Below are positions 1-8,617 of a stretch of 64,000 nucleotides of DNA, piece after piece; the stretch's first letter is position 1; each line of letters begins with the position of its first letter. Both the position numbers and the translations under genes were made by a program. The notes beneath the pieces were generated by a model that was given only the letters and a program-made list of their open reading frames with translations, was not told the DNA's origin and did not search any database. The stretch covers positions 4,640,001 through 4,704,000 of the forward strand of contig OY970303.1 in NCBI GenBank assembly GCA_963716255.1, given 5' to 3'. Origin of the DNA: an uncultured Gemmatimonadales bacterium. GTDB taxonomy: Bacteria; Gemmatimonadota; Gemmatimonadetes; Longimicrobiales; Longimicrobiaceae.

Positions 1-1129
1 CATCCGCAGCCAGCACGCCTGGACGTACGCCGCCCGCTCGTCGTTCAGCCGGCCGGAGGGGCCCGGGACCTTCGTGGGCTCCACCGAGGTCCGCAACGCG
101 GTGACGGACAGCGCGCTGGCGGAGATGCTCAGCCAGTTCCGCCGCATCCGCGACGAGCCCGTTTCGCAGGAGGAGCTCGACGCCGCCCGGAACTTCCTGG
201 TGGGCTCGTTCCCGCTGCGCTTCGAGACCGCGTCCGCCACCGCCGCGCAGATCGCCGCGGTGCGGCTGCTGGGCCTGCCCATCGAGAGCCTGCAGCAGTA
301 CACGCAGAAGGTGGCCGCCGTCACCCCCGCCGAGGTGCAGCGGGTGGCGCGGCAGTACCTCCACCCCGACCGCGCCACCATCGTGGTGGTGGGCGACGCC
401 ACGCAGGTGCTGAAGCCGCTGGAGGCGGTGGCCCCCGTGACGCTGGTGGACGTGGAGGGGCGCGCGATGGACCGCTCCGCGCTGGAAGTGCGCGCCTCCA
501 CCGACCGCTTCGACGGGTCGCGCCTGCGGCCGGCCACGCTCACCTACGCCATCGTCGCCGGGGGGAACACGGTGGGTACGGCCACCACCACGCTGGCCCG
601 CGACGGGTCGGCCTGGGTCGCCACCCAGACCGTGCAGGCGGGCCCCACCAGCACGCGCACCGAAGCGCGCTTCACCGGCGACTTCACCCCGGTCTCGGGC
701 AAGACCAGCATGTCCGCGGGCGCCATGGCCATGGAGAGCGACGTCCGCCTGGAGGGCGGGCGGATCCGGGGCAGCGCCAAGCTCCCCGCGCAGATGGGCG
801 GCGACAAGGCCATCGACTCGGAGGTGGCGGCGGGGACCCGGCTGCCCGGGATGGAGCCCTGGATGCTCGCCGTCTCCGACCTGGCGCCCGGGAAGACCGT
901 CGGCTTCGGCACCTTCAGCGCGCAGACCGGCGGCGCCACCGCGGTCGCCTTCAAGGTGGTGGGCGAGGAGAAGGTGACCGTGCCCGCGGGCACCTTCGAC
1001 GCCTACAAGGTGGAGCTCACCGGCCCCACGACGGCGACGGTGTGGGTGCGCAAGGAGGCGCCGCACATCACCCTGAAGCAGGCGCCGCAGGGGCAGCCGG
1101 TGACGGTCGAGCTGCAGTCGATCCAGTAG
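1..1129 (+). CDS. M16 (pitrilysin/insulinase) family peptidase, C-terminal part, fused to a DUF3108-like beta domain; 5' truncated by the window edge
   Basis: Frame is open from the window start (IRSQHAWTY...). M16_C-type text ELDAARNFLVGSFPLRFET and VTPAEVQRVARQYLHP, followed by a C-terminal EKVTVPAGTFDAYKV motif. Confidence 0.75.
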   Translation, partial: IRSQHAWTYAARSSFSRPEGPGTFVGSTEVRNAVTDSALAEMLSQFRRIRDEPVSQEELDAARNFLVGSFPLRFETASATAAQIAAVRLLGLPIESLQQYTQKVAAVTPAEVQRVARQYLHPDRATIVVVGDATQVLKPLEAVAPVTLVDVEGRAMDRSALEVRASTDRFDGSRLRPATLTYAIVAGGNTVGTATTTLARDGSAWVATQTVQAGPTSTRTEARFTGDFTPVSGKTSMSAGAMAMESDVRLEGGRIRGSAKLPAQMGGDKAIDSEVAAGTRLPGMEPWMLAVSDLAPGKTVGFGTFSAQTGGATAVAFKVVGEEKVTVPAGTFDAYKVELTGPTTATVWVRKEAPHITLKQAPQGQPVTVELQSIQ

Positions 1130-1147
1130 GAGAGTTCCTGGCGTGGC

Positions 1148-1302
1148 GGGGCCGCTCCGGAGCCGGACGATACTGCCGTCCGTCTCCTGCGCGGGCTCCG
1201 GGAGCCCCGGGAAACCGCCCCCGGGTCTCCCTGCGCCGGAGTGAGCCTCGCCCAACAGCCGGCGAGTCTCCCTCCGAACAGATCTTGAGGGGTACTGCGG
1301 AA
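1148..1302 (+). repeat. Repeat family A copy 1 (~155 nt multi-hairpin intergenic repeat)
   Basis: GGGCCGCTCCGGAGCCGGACGATACTGCCGTCCGTCTCCTGCGCGGG...GTCTCCCTCCG...TACTGCGG recurs at 5184, 16676, 20473 and 44301. Confidence 0.9.
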
Positions 1303-1392
1303 CCACGAACTGCGCCCCCACCGGGATCTCCCGGTGGGGGCGCAGTTGCGTACGTCGTATTCCTGCTGGATCCTGCCGCCGCGCCGGAGCCT

Positions 1393-1524
1393 GCGTGAGG
1401 GATTTCGGCCCGAAGGGGCGAGACCGCGCGGCTGTTTGCGCGGGCTCGACTCCGTTAGCCCGCGTTGTTTGCGGGCTTACGGAGCCGAAGCCCGACCCCG
1501 GCGCCAGCCGGGGGCACGCCCGAA
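1393..1524. repeat. Repeat family B copy 1 (~132 nt multi-hairpin repeat)
   Basis: GCGTGAGGGATT.CGGCCCGAAGGGGCGAGACC...CTCGACTCCGTT...ACGGAGCCGAAGCCCGACCCCGGCGCCAGCCGGGGGCACGCCCG recurs six times. Confidence 0.9.
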
Positions 1525-1543
1525 CCCCGCTCGGATCCGGAAC

Positions 1544-2083
1544 TCAATGCCTGGTGCCGGTGCTCGCGTGGAAGCGGTCGTGCTGCACCTTGCACTCGTT
1601 GCGAACCTGGAGCTGCCAGCGCGGGTCGAAGGCACGCTGCGAGGCGCGCTCCCGGCAGACGCGGTCGTGGTCGCGGTGGAAGGCCTGGTGCGCCTGCTGG
1701 TACGAGCCGCTGCGGGTGTCGTAGCGGACGCCGCTCCGGCTGTCGTAGCGCCGGTCCTCGTAGCGTCGGTCGTCATACCGGCGATCGTCGCGGCGGCGGT
1801 CGTCGCGCCGGCGGTCGTAGCCGCAGTTCTCGCGCGTGTTGTGGGGGTTGCCCTTGCCGCGGCACCACCCGGGAGGGACCTGCCGGCGGCGCTCCAGGCG
1901 GACGTCGTCGTCGTCCCAGCGGCGGTCGTCGCCGCGGCGGTCGTCGTCGCGGAAGCGGGCCTGCTCGGTCCGCCCGCGGTTCTCGTTCTTGTTCTTTCCC
2001 CTGCCCTGGGCGTCCGCCGGGCTCACGGCCAGGGCGGCGGCGAGCGCCACCATGAAGGAAAGCTGCAGGCTTCGGATGCGCAT
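1544..2083 (-). CDS. Secreted hypothetical protein with VPPGW motif and RRDD low-complexity repeats
   Basis: Signal peptide MRIRSLQLSFMVALAAALAVSPADA, AGGAGG RBS upstream, charged repeats and two Cys pairs. Confidence 0.7.
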   Translation of the reverse strand: MRIRSLQLSFMVALAAALAVSPADAQGRGKNKNENRGRTEQARFRDDDRRGDDRRWDDDDVRLERRRQVPPGWCRGKGNPHNTRENCGYDRRRDDRRRDDRRYDDRRYEDRRYDSRSGVRYDTRSGSYQQAHQAFHRDHDRVCRERASQRAFDPRWQLQVRNECKVQHDRFHASTGTRH

Positions 2084-2401
2084 CGTGGGAGTCCTCCTGT
2101 GGGGTACGGCCTTGCGGGTGTGGCGGCACACAGGGGCAACTCCGGTGCCAAGTGACGGAATCGCAGGCAGATCGCGCAGAATCACGTGTTTATGCGTCCG
2201 CGCCCGCCCCGCACCGTCCCCTCCCGTGGACGCGGGGCGCGCGGCGCGGGGACACCCCCGGCCGCCGGACGGACGTTCGCACTTGACCCGCGCCGCGGCG
2301 GCGCCGTACAATCCCTCGCCCCTCAGCAGACAGGAAAGGCCGGCGGCCCCCCGCGGGCGGTCCGGCCGCACCGTGCGTCTCCCTCGCCACAGGAGTCATC
2401 C

Positions 2402-3802
2402 ATGAAGCGTGCGCTGTCCGCGCTCGTGCTCGTGGCCGCCGGGTGCGCGCAGGGCGGGAGGCCGGCGTCGTCGCCGGCGCCCGCCTCCGCGTCGCAGGTC
2501 CCGGCCGTCCCGACCCCGTTCCCCTCCACCTACGTCCCCTTCCCGTCGCGCCCCACGCTCATCCGCGGGGCCACCGTGATGACCGCCGCCGGGCAGGTGA
2601 TCCCCAACGGGCAGCTCCTCATGGCCGACGGGAAGATCGTCGCCGTGGGCGCCACCGTGGACGCGCCCGCCGGAGTGGCGGTGATCGACGCCGCGGGCAA
2701 GTACGTCACTCCCGGGATCATCGACACCCACTCGCACCTGGGCGCGTACGCCAGCCCCGGCGTGGACGCGAACTCCGACGGAAACGAGATCACCGACCCG
2801 GTGACCGCCGACGTGTGGGTGGAGCACTCGGTGTGGCCGCAGGACCCCGGCTTCACGCGGGCGCTGGCCGGCGGCATCACCTCGCTGCAGATCCTCCCCG
2901 GCTCCACGAACCTCATCGGCGGCCGCAGCGTGGTGCTCAAGAACGTCCCCGCCCGCACCGTGCAGGCGATGAAGTTCCCCGGCGCCCCCTACGGCCTCAA
3001 GATGGCCTGCGGCGAGAACCCCAAGAGGGTGTACGGAGCGCGCAACCGCGCCCCCTCCACGCGCATGGGGAACGTGGCCGGGTACCGCGCCCAGTGGATC
3101 CTCGCCCAGGCCTACCGGAAGAAGTGGGACGACTGGGAGCGGCAGGGGCGACCCGCGGCCAGCCAGCCCACCCGCGACCTGGAGATGGAAACGCTGGCCG
3201 AGGTGCTGCGCGGCAACATCCTGGTGCAGAACCACTGCTACCGCGCCGACGAGATGGCGCAGATGATCGACGTGGCCCGCGAGTTCGGCTACCGGATCCG
3301 CTCCTTCCACCACGGCGTGGAGGCGTACAAGGTGCGCGACCTCATGGCGCGCGACTCCATCTCCGGCTCGCTCTGGGCCGACTGGTGGGGCTTCAAGATG
3401 GAGGCGCTGGACGGCATCGAGGCCAACCTGGCGCTGGTGCACGAGGCCGGCGCGCGCGCCGTGGTCCACTCCGACGACGAGCGCGGCATCCAGCGCCTGA
3501 ACCAGGAAGCCGCCAAGGCCGTCGCCGCCGGGCGCCGCATCGGCATCCAGGTCTCCGAGAACGACGCCCTCCGCTGGCTCACCGCGAACGCCGCCTGGAC
3601 GCTGGGGATCGACGACCGCGTGGGCACCCTGGAGCCCGGCAAGCAGGCCGACGTGGTGATCTGGTCCGGCAACCCGTTCAGCGTCTACAGCCGCGCCGAG
3701 AAGGTGTTCATCGACGGCGCGCTGATGTACGACCGCAACGACCCCTCGCGCCAGCCGGTGACGGACTTCGAGGCGGGCATCCTCCCCCGGAGCAACCCAT
3801 GA
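2402..3802 (+). CDS. Amidohydrolase family lipoprotein (HutI/imidazolonepropionase-like)
   Basis: AGGAG RBS, lipobox AAGC, PGIIDTHSH metal motif, HSDD and GTLEPGKQADVVIW. Confidence 0.85.
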   Translation: MKRALSALVLVAAGCAQGGRPASSPAPASASQVPAVPTPFPSTYVPFPSRPTLIRGATVMTAAGQVIPNGQLLMADGKIVAVGATVDAPAGVAVIDAAGKYVTPGIIDTHSHLGAYASPGVDANSDGNEITDPVTADVWVEHSVWPQDPGFTRALAGGITSLQILPGSTNLIGGRSVVLKNVPARTVQAMKFPGAPYGLKMACGENPKRVYGARNRAPSTRMGNVAGYRAQWILAQAYRKKWDDWERQGRPAASQPTRDLEMETLAEVLRGNILVQNHCYRADEMAQMIDVAREFGYRIRSFHHGVEAYKVRDLMARDSISGSLWADWWGFKMEALDGIEANLALVHEAGARAVVHSDDERGIQRLNQEAAKAVAAGRRIGIQVSENDALRWLTANAAWTLGIDDRVGTLEPGKQADVVIWSGNPFSVYSRAEKVFIDGALMYDRNDPSRQPVTDFEAGILPRSNP

Positions 3803-5097
3803 GCCCGATGAAGACACACGCCATCCTGGCCGCCTCCCTGGCGCTCTCCGCCGCGCCGCTCGCCGCGCAGGGCGTGGTCGCCATCGAGGGCGGCACGGTC
3901 TACACCATGACCGGCGCCCCCATCGAGGGCGGCACGGTGCTGATCCGCGACGGGCGCATCGCCGCCGTGGGGCGCGACGTCGCCGTCCCCGCCGGGGCGC
4001 GCCGCGTGGACGCCCGCGGCAAGCGCGTCACCCCCGGGCTCTTCGAGTCGCACACCCGCACCGGCCTGACCGAGGTGGGCGCCGTCCCCGGGACCAACGA
4101 CTACACCCTCGCCGACCAGGACGAGGACCGCATCATGGCGGCGTTCGACGTCGCCGACGGCCTCAATCCCGCTTCCATCGTGATCCCGGTGACCCGCATC
4201 GCCGGGGTGACCACGGCGGTCGCGGCGCCCGGCGGCGGCGGGCTCGTGAACGGCATGGGGGTGGTCATCGACCTGGCGGGCGACGACGCGCGCGACATGC
4301 TGGTCAAGGATCCGGTCGCCATGTACGCCACCCTGGGCGAGGGCGTGGAAACGTCCGGCGGCGGCGCGCGGGGCGGCACCACCCTGCGTCTCCGCGAGCT
4401 GCTGGAGGACACCCGCGCCTACGCCCGGCAGCGCAGCGACTTCGAGCGCGGCGATACCCGCGAGTTCGCGGCCAGCCGGTTGGACCTCCAGGCTATGATC
4501 CCCGTGATCCAGGGACGGCTCCCGCTGGTGGTGGAGGCGCACCGTGCGAGCGACCTCCGTACCGCGCTCCGACTGGCCGACGAGTACGGGCTCAAGCTGA
4601 TCCTGCTGGGCGCCAGCGAGGGGTGGATGGTGGCCGACGAGATCGCCCGCGCGCGCGTGCCCGTGATCGTCAAGGTGCTCCAGAACCTCCCTTCCAGCTT
4701 CGAGCGGCTGGGCTCCCGCTACGACAACGCGGCGCTCCTCCGCAGGGCGGGGGTGCAGGTGGCCATCACCACCGGCGAAACGCACAACGCCCGCAACGTC
4801 CGCCAGGAAGCGGGGAACGCCGTCGCCTACGGGCTCCCGTGGGACGAGGCGCTGCGCGCGGTCACGCTCTACCCGGCGCAGATCTGGGGCGTCGCGGACA
4901 CCCACGGCTCCCTCGCGCCCGGCAAGGTGGCCGACGTGGTGGTGTGGGACGGGGACCCGCTGGAGCTGATGACCAGCGTGGAGCACGTGTTCATCGGCGG
5001 GCGCGAGGTGCCTCTCACGTCGCGCCAGACGGAGCTGCGGGACCGGTACCGGCGCCTGGACGAGAACGTACGGGTGTACGGGCGCGGGACTCCGTGA
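3799..5097 (+). CDS. Amidohydrolase family protein, second partner with degenerate metal site
   Basis: ATGA overlap with the upstream gene, signal peptide, PGLFESHTR (HxH broken) and GSLAPGKVADVVVWDGDP. Confidence 0.85.
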   Translation: MSPMKTHAILAASLALSAAPLAAQGVVAIEGGTVYTMTGAPIEGGTVLIRDGRIAAVGRDVAVPAGARRVDARGKRVTPGLFESHTRTGLTEVGAVPGTNDYTLADQDEDRIMAAFDVADGLNPASIVIPVTRIAGVTTAVAAPGGGGLVNGMGVVIDLAGDDARDMLVKDPVAMYATLGEGVETSGGGARGGTTLRLRELLEDTRAYARQRSDFERGDTREFAASRLDLQAMIPVIQGRLPLVVEAHRASDLRTALRLADEYGLKLILLGASEGWMVADEIARARVPVIVKVLQNLPSSFERLGSRYDNAALLRRAGVQVAITTGETHNARNVRQEAGNAVAYGLPWDEALRAVTLYPAQIWGVADTHGSLAPGKVADVVVWDGDPLELMTSVEHVFIGGREVPLTSRQTELRDRYRRLDENVRVYGRGTP

Positions 5098-5124
5098 GGG
5101 TCTGAGCTTTTTTCGGTCCGGACG

Positions 5125-5152
5125 GGGCCGGCCTTCGGGTCGGCCCTTTTTT
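5125..5152 (+). terminator. Intrinsic terminator, probably bidirectional
   Basis: GGGCCGGCC-TTCG-GGTCGGCCC followed by TTTTTT. Confidence 0.75.
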
Positions 5153-5183
5153 CGTGGGGGGTGCTTCGAGTGGATCTGGGTGT

Positions 5184-5340
5184 GGGGCCGCTCCGGAACC
5201 AGGCCAAACAGCCGGCCTGTTTCCTACGCGGGTCGCGGAGCCCCGCCAAACTGCCGGCGGGTCTCCGCTCCGGCTGCGGGAGTCAGCCGAAACTGCCCGG
5301 CTGTCTCCCTCCGCAAAAGATCTGGGGGGGTACAGCGGAA
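5184..5340 (+). repeat. Repeat family A copy 2 (diverged)
   Basis: Same ends and hairpin order as copy 1, with changed stems. Confidence 0.85.
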
Positions 5341-5550
5341 CTGCGGACGGCAACGACGAAGGCCTCTCCTCGCTCGCGGGGAGGGGCCTTCGTGTGAGCA
5401 GAGATCAGCGCTACAAAGCGGCCGCAACGTCGAGTGGACGCCTGTGCACTAATCCGCGGATCGCCCGCATCTCCCTGTGCGGGAGTGTCCACTCTACCAT
5501 CGGCCGAACCATGAAAAGTTGGCGCCGCTGCTGGGAAAATGGACGAAGAG

Positions 5551-5588
5551 TCGGTTGGATTTCGGTTTTTGTTCGGTTATTCTTCGGT
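5551..5588. promoter_or_regulatory. Four-copy TCGGT direct repeat with 11-bp period upstream of imuA; candidate SOS/LexA-type operator
   Basis: TCGGT at 5551, 5562, 5573 and 5584 with AT-rich 6-nt spacers, about 58 nt before the imuA ATG. Confidence 0.5.
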
Positions 5589-5645
5589 GGGCCGGCGAGG
5601 GTCGCCGGCGGGCAGGACCGTTCACCCGGGGTCAGGGAATGTAAC

Positions 5646-6338
5646 ATGGCCTCCAGCGTTTCCGCACTCCGCCAGCTGCTGGAGCAGCGCTTCCCGGACG
5701 CGCTCCCGGTCACGCAGCGTACCGCGGGCGGCGTCACCACGGGGATCGCGGCGCTGGACCGGGCGCTTCCCGGGGGCGGGCTCCCGCGGGGGAAGCTGGC
5801 GGCGTGGACGCCGGGGGGCGGGGCCACGGCGGCGCTGCGCTCCGCGTGCCGGGCCGCGCTGGAGCGGGGGGAGCGGGCGGCGTGGGTGGACGGGGCGGGG
5901 GTGGCGTGCGGGGACGGGTGGCGCGGCGAGGCCGCGCTCTTCCGTCCCGCGGGGGCGCGGGAGGCGCTCGCGTGCGCCGAGGAGCTGGTGCGCTCCGGGG
6001 GGTTCGCGCTGGTGGTGCTCGCGGGCGCGCGCGCCGCGGACACCGAGCGCGTCCGCCTGTCCCGCGCGGCCAAGGAAGGAGGCGCGACGCTGGTGCTGCT
6101 GGACCCGGGCGGGTTCATGGCGGGCGTCCGCCTGGTCTCGCGCATCCGTCCGGACGGCTACCGCTGGCGGCTGGACCCCTTCGGGGAGCCGGCGCAGGTG
6201 GACTCGGTGACGGTGCGCGCACACGTGGAGGCGCTGGGATGGAGCAAGGAAGCGGAGTTCACCCTGCCGGTGGCGGCGCATGACCTACGTCTGTCTCTGG
6301 AGCCCGCGCTGGGCGACCGCCGGGGCGCCGCTCGCTGA
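5646..6338 (+). CDS. imuA: ImuA-like RecA-fold mutagenesis protein
   Basis: TTGIAALDRALPGGGLPRG, AAWVD and EELVRSGGFALVVL; first gene of the imuB/dnaE2 cassette. Confidence 0.75.
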   Translation: MASSVSALRQLLEQRFPDALPVTQRTAGGVTTGIAALDRALPGGGLPRGKLAAWTPGGGATAALRSACRAALERGERAAWVDGAGVACGDGWRGEAALFRPAGAREALACAEELVRSGGFALVVLAGARAADTERVRLSRAAKEGGATLVLLDPGGFMAGVRLVSRIRPDGYRWRLDPFGEPAQVDSVTVRAHVEALGWSKEAEFTLPVAAHDLRLSLEPALGDRRGAAR

Positions 6339-7575
6339 CGTGGCGGCCGCGCTGCTGGCGGACGTGCCCCGGGTGGCGGTGGAGGCGCGCGGGGTGATCT
6401 GGGCGGACGCGCGCGGCCTCCCGGCCCCCCGCCTCGCCTGGGCGCTGCTGGAGCGGGCGGAGTGGCGCACGCGCGAGGTGCGCGCCGGGGTGGCGGCCGT
6501 TCCCGTGGCGGCGGAGGCGGCGGCGCGCTCGGGCAGCGCCCCGGCCACCTTCGTGGAGCCCGGGCGGGAGCGCGCCTCGCTGGCGCCGCTCCCGCTGGAG
6601 CTGCTTTCCCCCGAGCCGCGGCTGCGCACGCTGCTGGACGGCGTGGGCGTGCGCACCTGCGGCGAGCTGGCGTCGCTGGCGCGGGAGGCGGTGGAGGTGC
6701 GCTTCGGCGCGGCGGGGGCGGCGCTCTGGCGCCTGGCGCGCGCGGACGATCCGCGCCGCCTCTTCCGCCCCATCCCCCCGGAGCGCCCGTACGCCTCCAT
6801 GGACTTCGTGGAGTACGAGGTGCGCGACGCGGGGCGGCTGGCCTTCACCGTCAACGCCCTGCTGGGCCCCCTCTGCGCCGCGCTGGCCGAGCGGGGGGAG
6901 CGCGCCCGCGAGGTGACGCTGGTCCTGTCCCTTTCCGGCGGGGGAATGCTGCGGGAGCGGGTGCGCGCCGCGCGCCCCACCGCCGAGCGCGACCTGTGGC
7001 TGCGCCGCGTCCGCGGCGTCCTGGACCGCCTGGTCCTCCCCGACGGCGTCGTCGGCGTCGCGCTGGAGGTGGAGGGAACCGAGCCCGCCTCCGCCACCCA
7101 GGGCGACCTCTTCGACCGCGGCTTCGCCACGGCGGCCCCGGTGGAGGAAGCCGTCTCCCGGCTGGTGGACGAGCACGGCCCGCTCTTCGTGGAGCCGGCG
7201 GCGAGCGGCCACCCCCTCCCCGAGCGCCGCACCGCCTGGCGCGCGCGCGAGCCGGAGGAGGCCGCCGAGGGCGGCGCGGACCCCTTCGCCGCCGCGCCCT
7301 CGCTCACCCTCCAGCTCCTCCCGGAGCCGCGGCGGGTGGCGGTGCGCGTCCGCCCGCGCCGCGACCACGCGGTGCCGGTGCAGTACTGCGACCTGGCGCG
7401 CGGGCGCGAATGGCGGGAGCTGCTCGCGGCGGCGGGGCCGGAGCGGATCGCGGGCGGGGCGTGGGAGGAGGGGTGGGCGCGGGAGTACTTCCGCTGCGTC
7501 ACCGAAGCCGGTGCGCTGGTGTGGCTCTTCCGCGACGCGGAAGACGCCTGGTACATCCATGGTTGGTGGGACTGA
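6280..7575 (+). CDS. imuB: ImuB-like inactive Y-family polymerase
   Basis: GVRTCGELA HhH, clamp motif QGDLF, GPERI...W..REYF...WLFR...WYIHGWWD C-terminus. Confidence 0.8.
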   Translation: MTYVCLWSPRWATAGAPLADVAAALLADVPRVAVEARGVIWADARGLPAPRLAWALLERAEWRTREVRAGVAAVPVAAEAAARSGSAPATFVEPGRERASLAPLPLELLSPEPRLRTLLDGVGVRTCGELASLAREAVEVRFGAAGAALWRLARADDPRRLFRPIPPERPYASMDFVEYEVRDAGRLAFTVNALLGPLCAALAERGERAREVTLVLSLSGGGMLRERVRAARPTAERDLWLRRVRGVLDRLVLPDGVVGVALEVEGTEPASATQGDLFDRGFATAAPVEEAVSRLVDEHGPLFVEPAASGHPLPERRTAWRAREPEEAAEGGADPFAAAPSLTLQLLPEPRRVAVRVRPRRDHAVPVQYCDLARGREWRELLAAAGPERIAGGAWEEGWAREYFRCVTEAGALVWLFRDAEDAWYIHGWWD

Positions 7576-7677
7576 GGACTGCTTTCTCGACCACGCGGGC
7601 GGGAGCGCATTGCGCCCGCCGGACCGAATCATCGAGGCTGGCCGCGGGCTCGGCTCGGACTTCTGGAGGATCTACCG

Positions 7678-7875
7678 ATGGTGCGTGCGGCTTCGAGCGG
7701 GTTCGTGGCTTTTCTGGAGATCGGTCTCGAAAAGACCCGGCGGGAGCAGGAGACGGAAAGGCTCGACGGCATCCCGGACGGCGCGGTGGCGGAGCGGGCG
7801 GCGGGCGCGGCCGGCTCACGGCCCGTCCGGCGCTCCCCCCCGCGGCTGACCGGCCTCTTCGGCAGCGGGATGTGA
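7678..7875 (+). CDS. Small hypothetical protein (65 aa)
   Basis: GGAGG about 8 nt before the ATG; no recognisable motif. Confidence 0.3.
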   Translation: MVRAASSGFVAFLEIGLEKTRREQETERLDGIPDGAVAERAAGAAGSRPVRRSPPRLTGLFGSGM

Positions 7876-7915
7876 CCCGGCATGGCCGCCAGGCCAGGGA
7901 GCCGAAGCGCAGGAA

Positions 7916-8098
7916 TCAGCTGCCGGTCGGCTCGTCCGGTCCGGATGACTCCTGCGCTTCGGGACCGTACGGCACCCTCACCCGCTCTCGGATGTACCGC
8001 TTCTGCTGCTCGAAGGTCTTGCCGTCCAGCTCGCGGCTCAGCTCCTCCCGGATCTGCCGCATGGTCCGCACGGCGTCGAACGGCTTCTCATTCTCCAT
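7916..8098 (-). CDS. Small protein downstream of the PIN gene, putative antitoxin
   Basis: KPFDAVRTMRQIREELS is typical of partners of this PIN subfamily; overlaps the PIN stop codon. Confidence 0.65.
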   Translation of the reverse strand: MENEKPFDAVRTMRQIREELSRELDGKTFEQQKRYIRERVRVPYGPEAQESSGPDEPTGS

Positions 8099-8552
8099 AC
8101 AGAATCACCTCGCGAGGGGATCTGATCTCCAGCATCGGATAGCCGAGCCGCAGGTTGACGGAGTTGTACCCGTGAATGCGCGGCAGGGTGACGATATGCT
8201 TGAAGTTCCAGCTCCCCAGCACGTCCACGCGGTGGATCGTCGCCGTCGCGATGTGCTGGGCATCCAGGCGCATGGAGGCGCCGCTCACACCTCCCGCGAT
8301 GTACTGCTCGGCCAGCTCCTCGGCCTCGCTGGTGAACTCTACGTCCTCCAGGAACCCGGGGGGAACCCGGTCCAGCACGGCTCGCACGGCCGCGGGGGCA
8401 CGCACCAGCTCGAGACGGGTGAGGTCCGAGACCACGATCGTCGCCTCGCCTTTCTCGAAAGTCTCGAACAGGCGCAGCGAGGCGTCCCGGAATGCCTCGT
8501 CCAGGCACCCGCCGATCTCGGACGTGTCGGTGTAGATCCGCTGTGGCTTCAT
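8088..8552 (-). CDS. PIN-domain ribonuclease (VapC-like toxin)
   Basis: IYTDTS, SDLTRLEL, DAQHIATAT and SWNFKHIV motifs. Confidence 0.85.
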   Translation of the reverse strand: MKPQRIYTDTSEIGGCLDEAFRDASLRLFETFEKGEATIVVSDLTRLELVRAPAAVRAVLDRVPPGFLEDVEFTSEAEELAEQYIAGGVSGASMRLDAQHIATATIHRVDVLGSWNFKHIVTLPRIHGYNSVNLRLGYPMLEIRSPREVILYGE

Positions 8553-8617
8553 CCCGGCAAGAGACACGACGGCGCCTGCGGGATGCCAGCGTTCCACGCC
8601 CCGGCGGCGCACGCCTG

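Noticed and set aside
1393..1524. Family A/B as hammerhead, HDV or twister ribozyme, tRNA or known riboswitch
   Set aside because: I could not find the catalytic cores (e.g. CUGANGA...GAAA) or tRNA arms by eye; an Rfam scan is needed.
1334..2155. ORFs beginning MRDYGPKGRD/MFAGLRSRSP in several places, read as a protein family
   Set aside because: They are translations of the non-coding repeat B in differing frames.
5432..5493. Hairpin GAGTGGAC...GTCCACTC upstream of imuA as an ncRNA
   Set aside because: Single occurrence with no covariation or family motif to support it.
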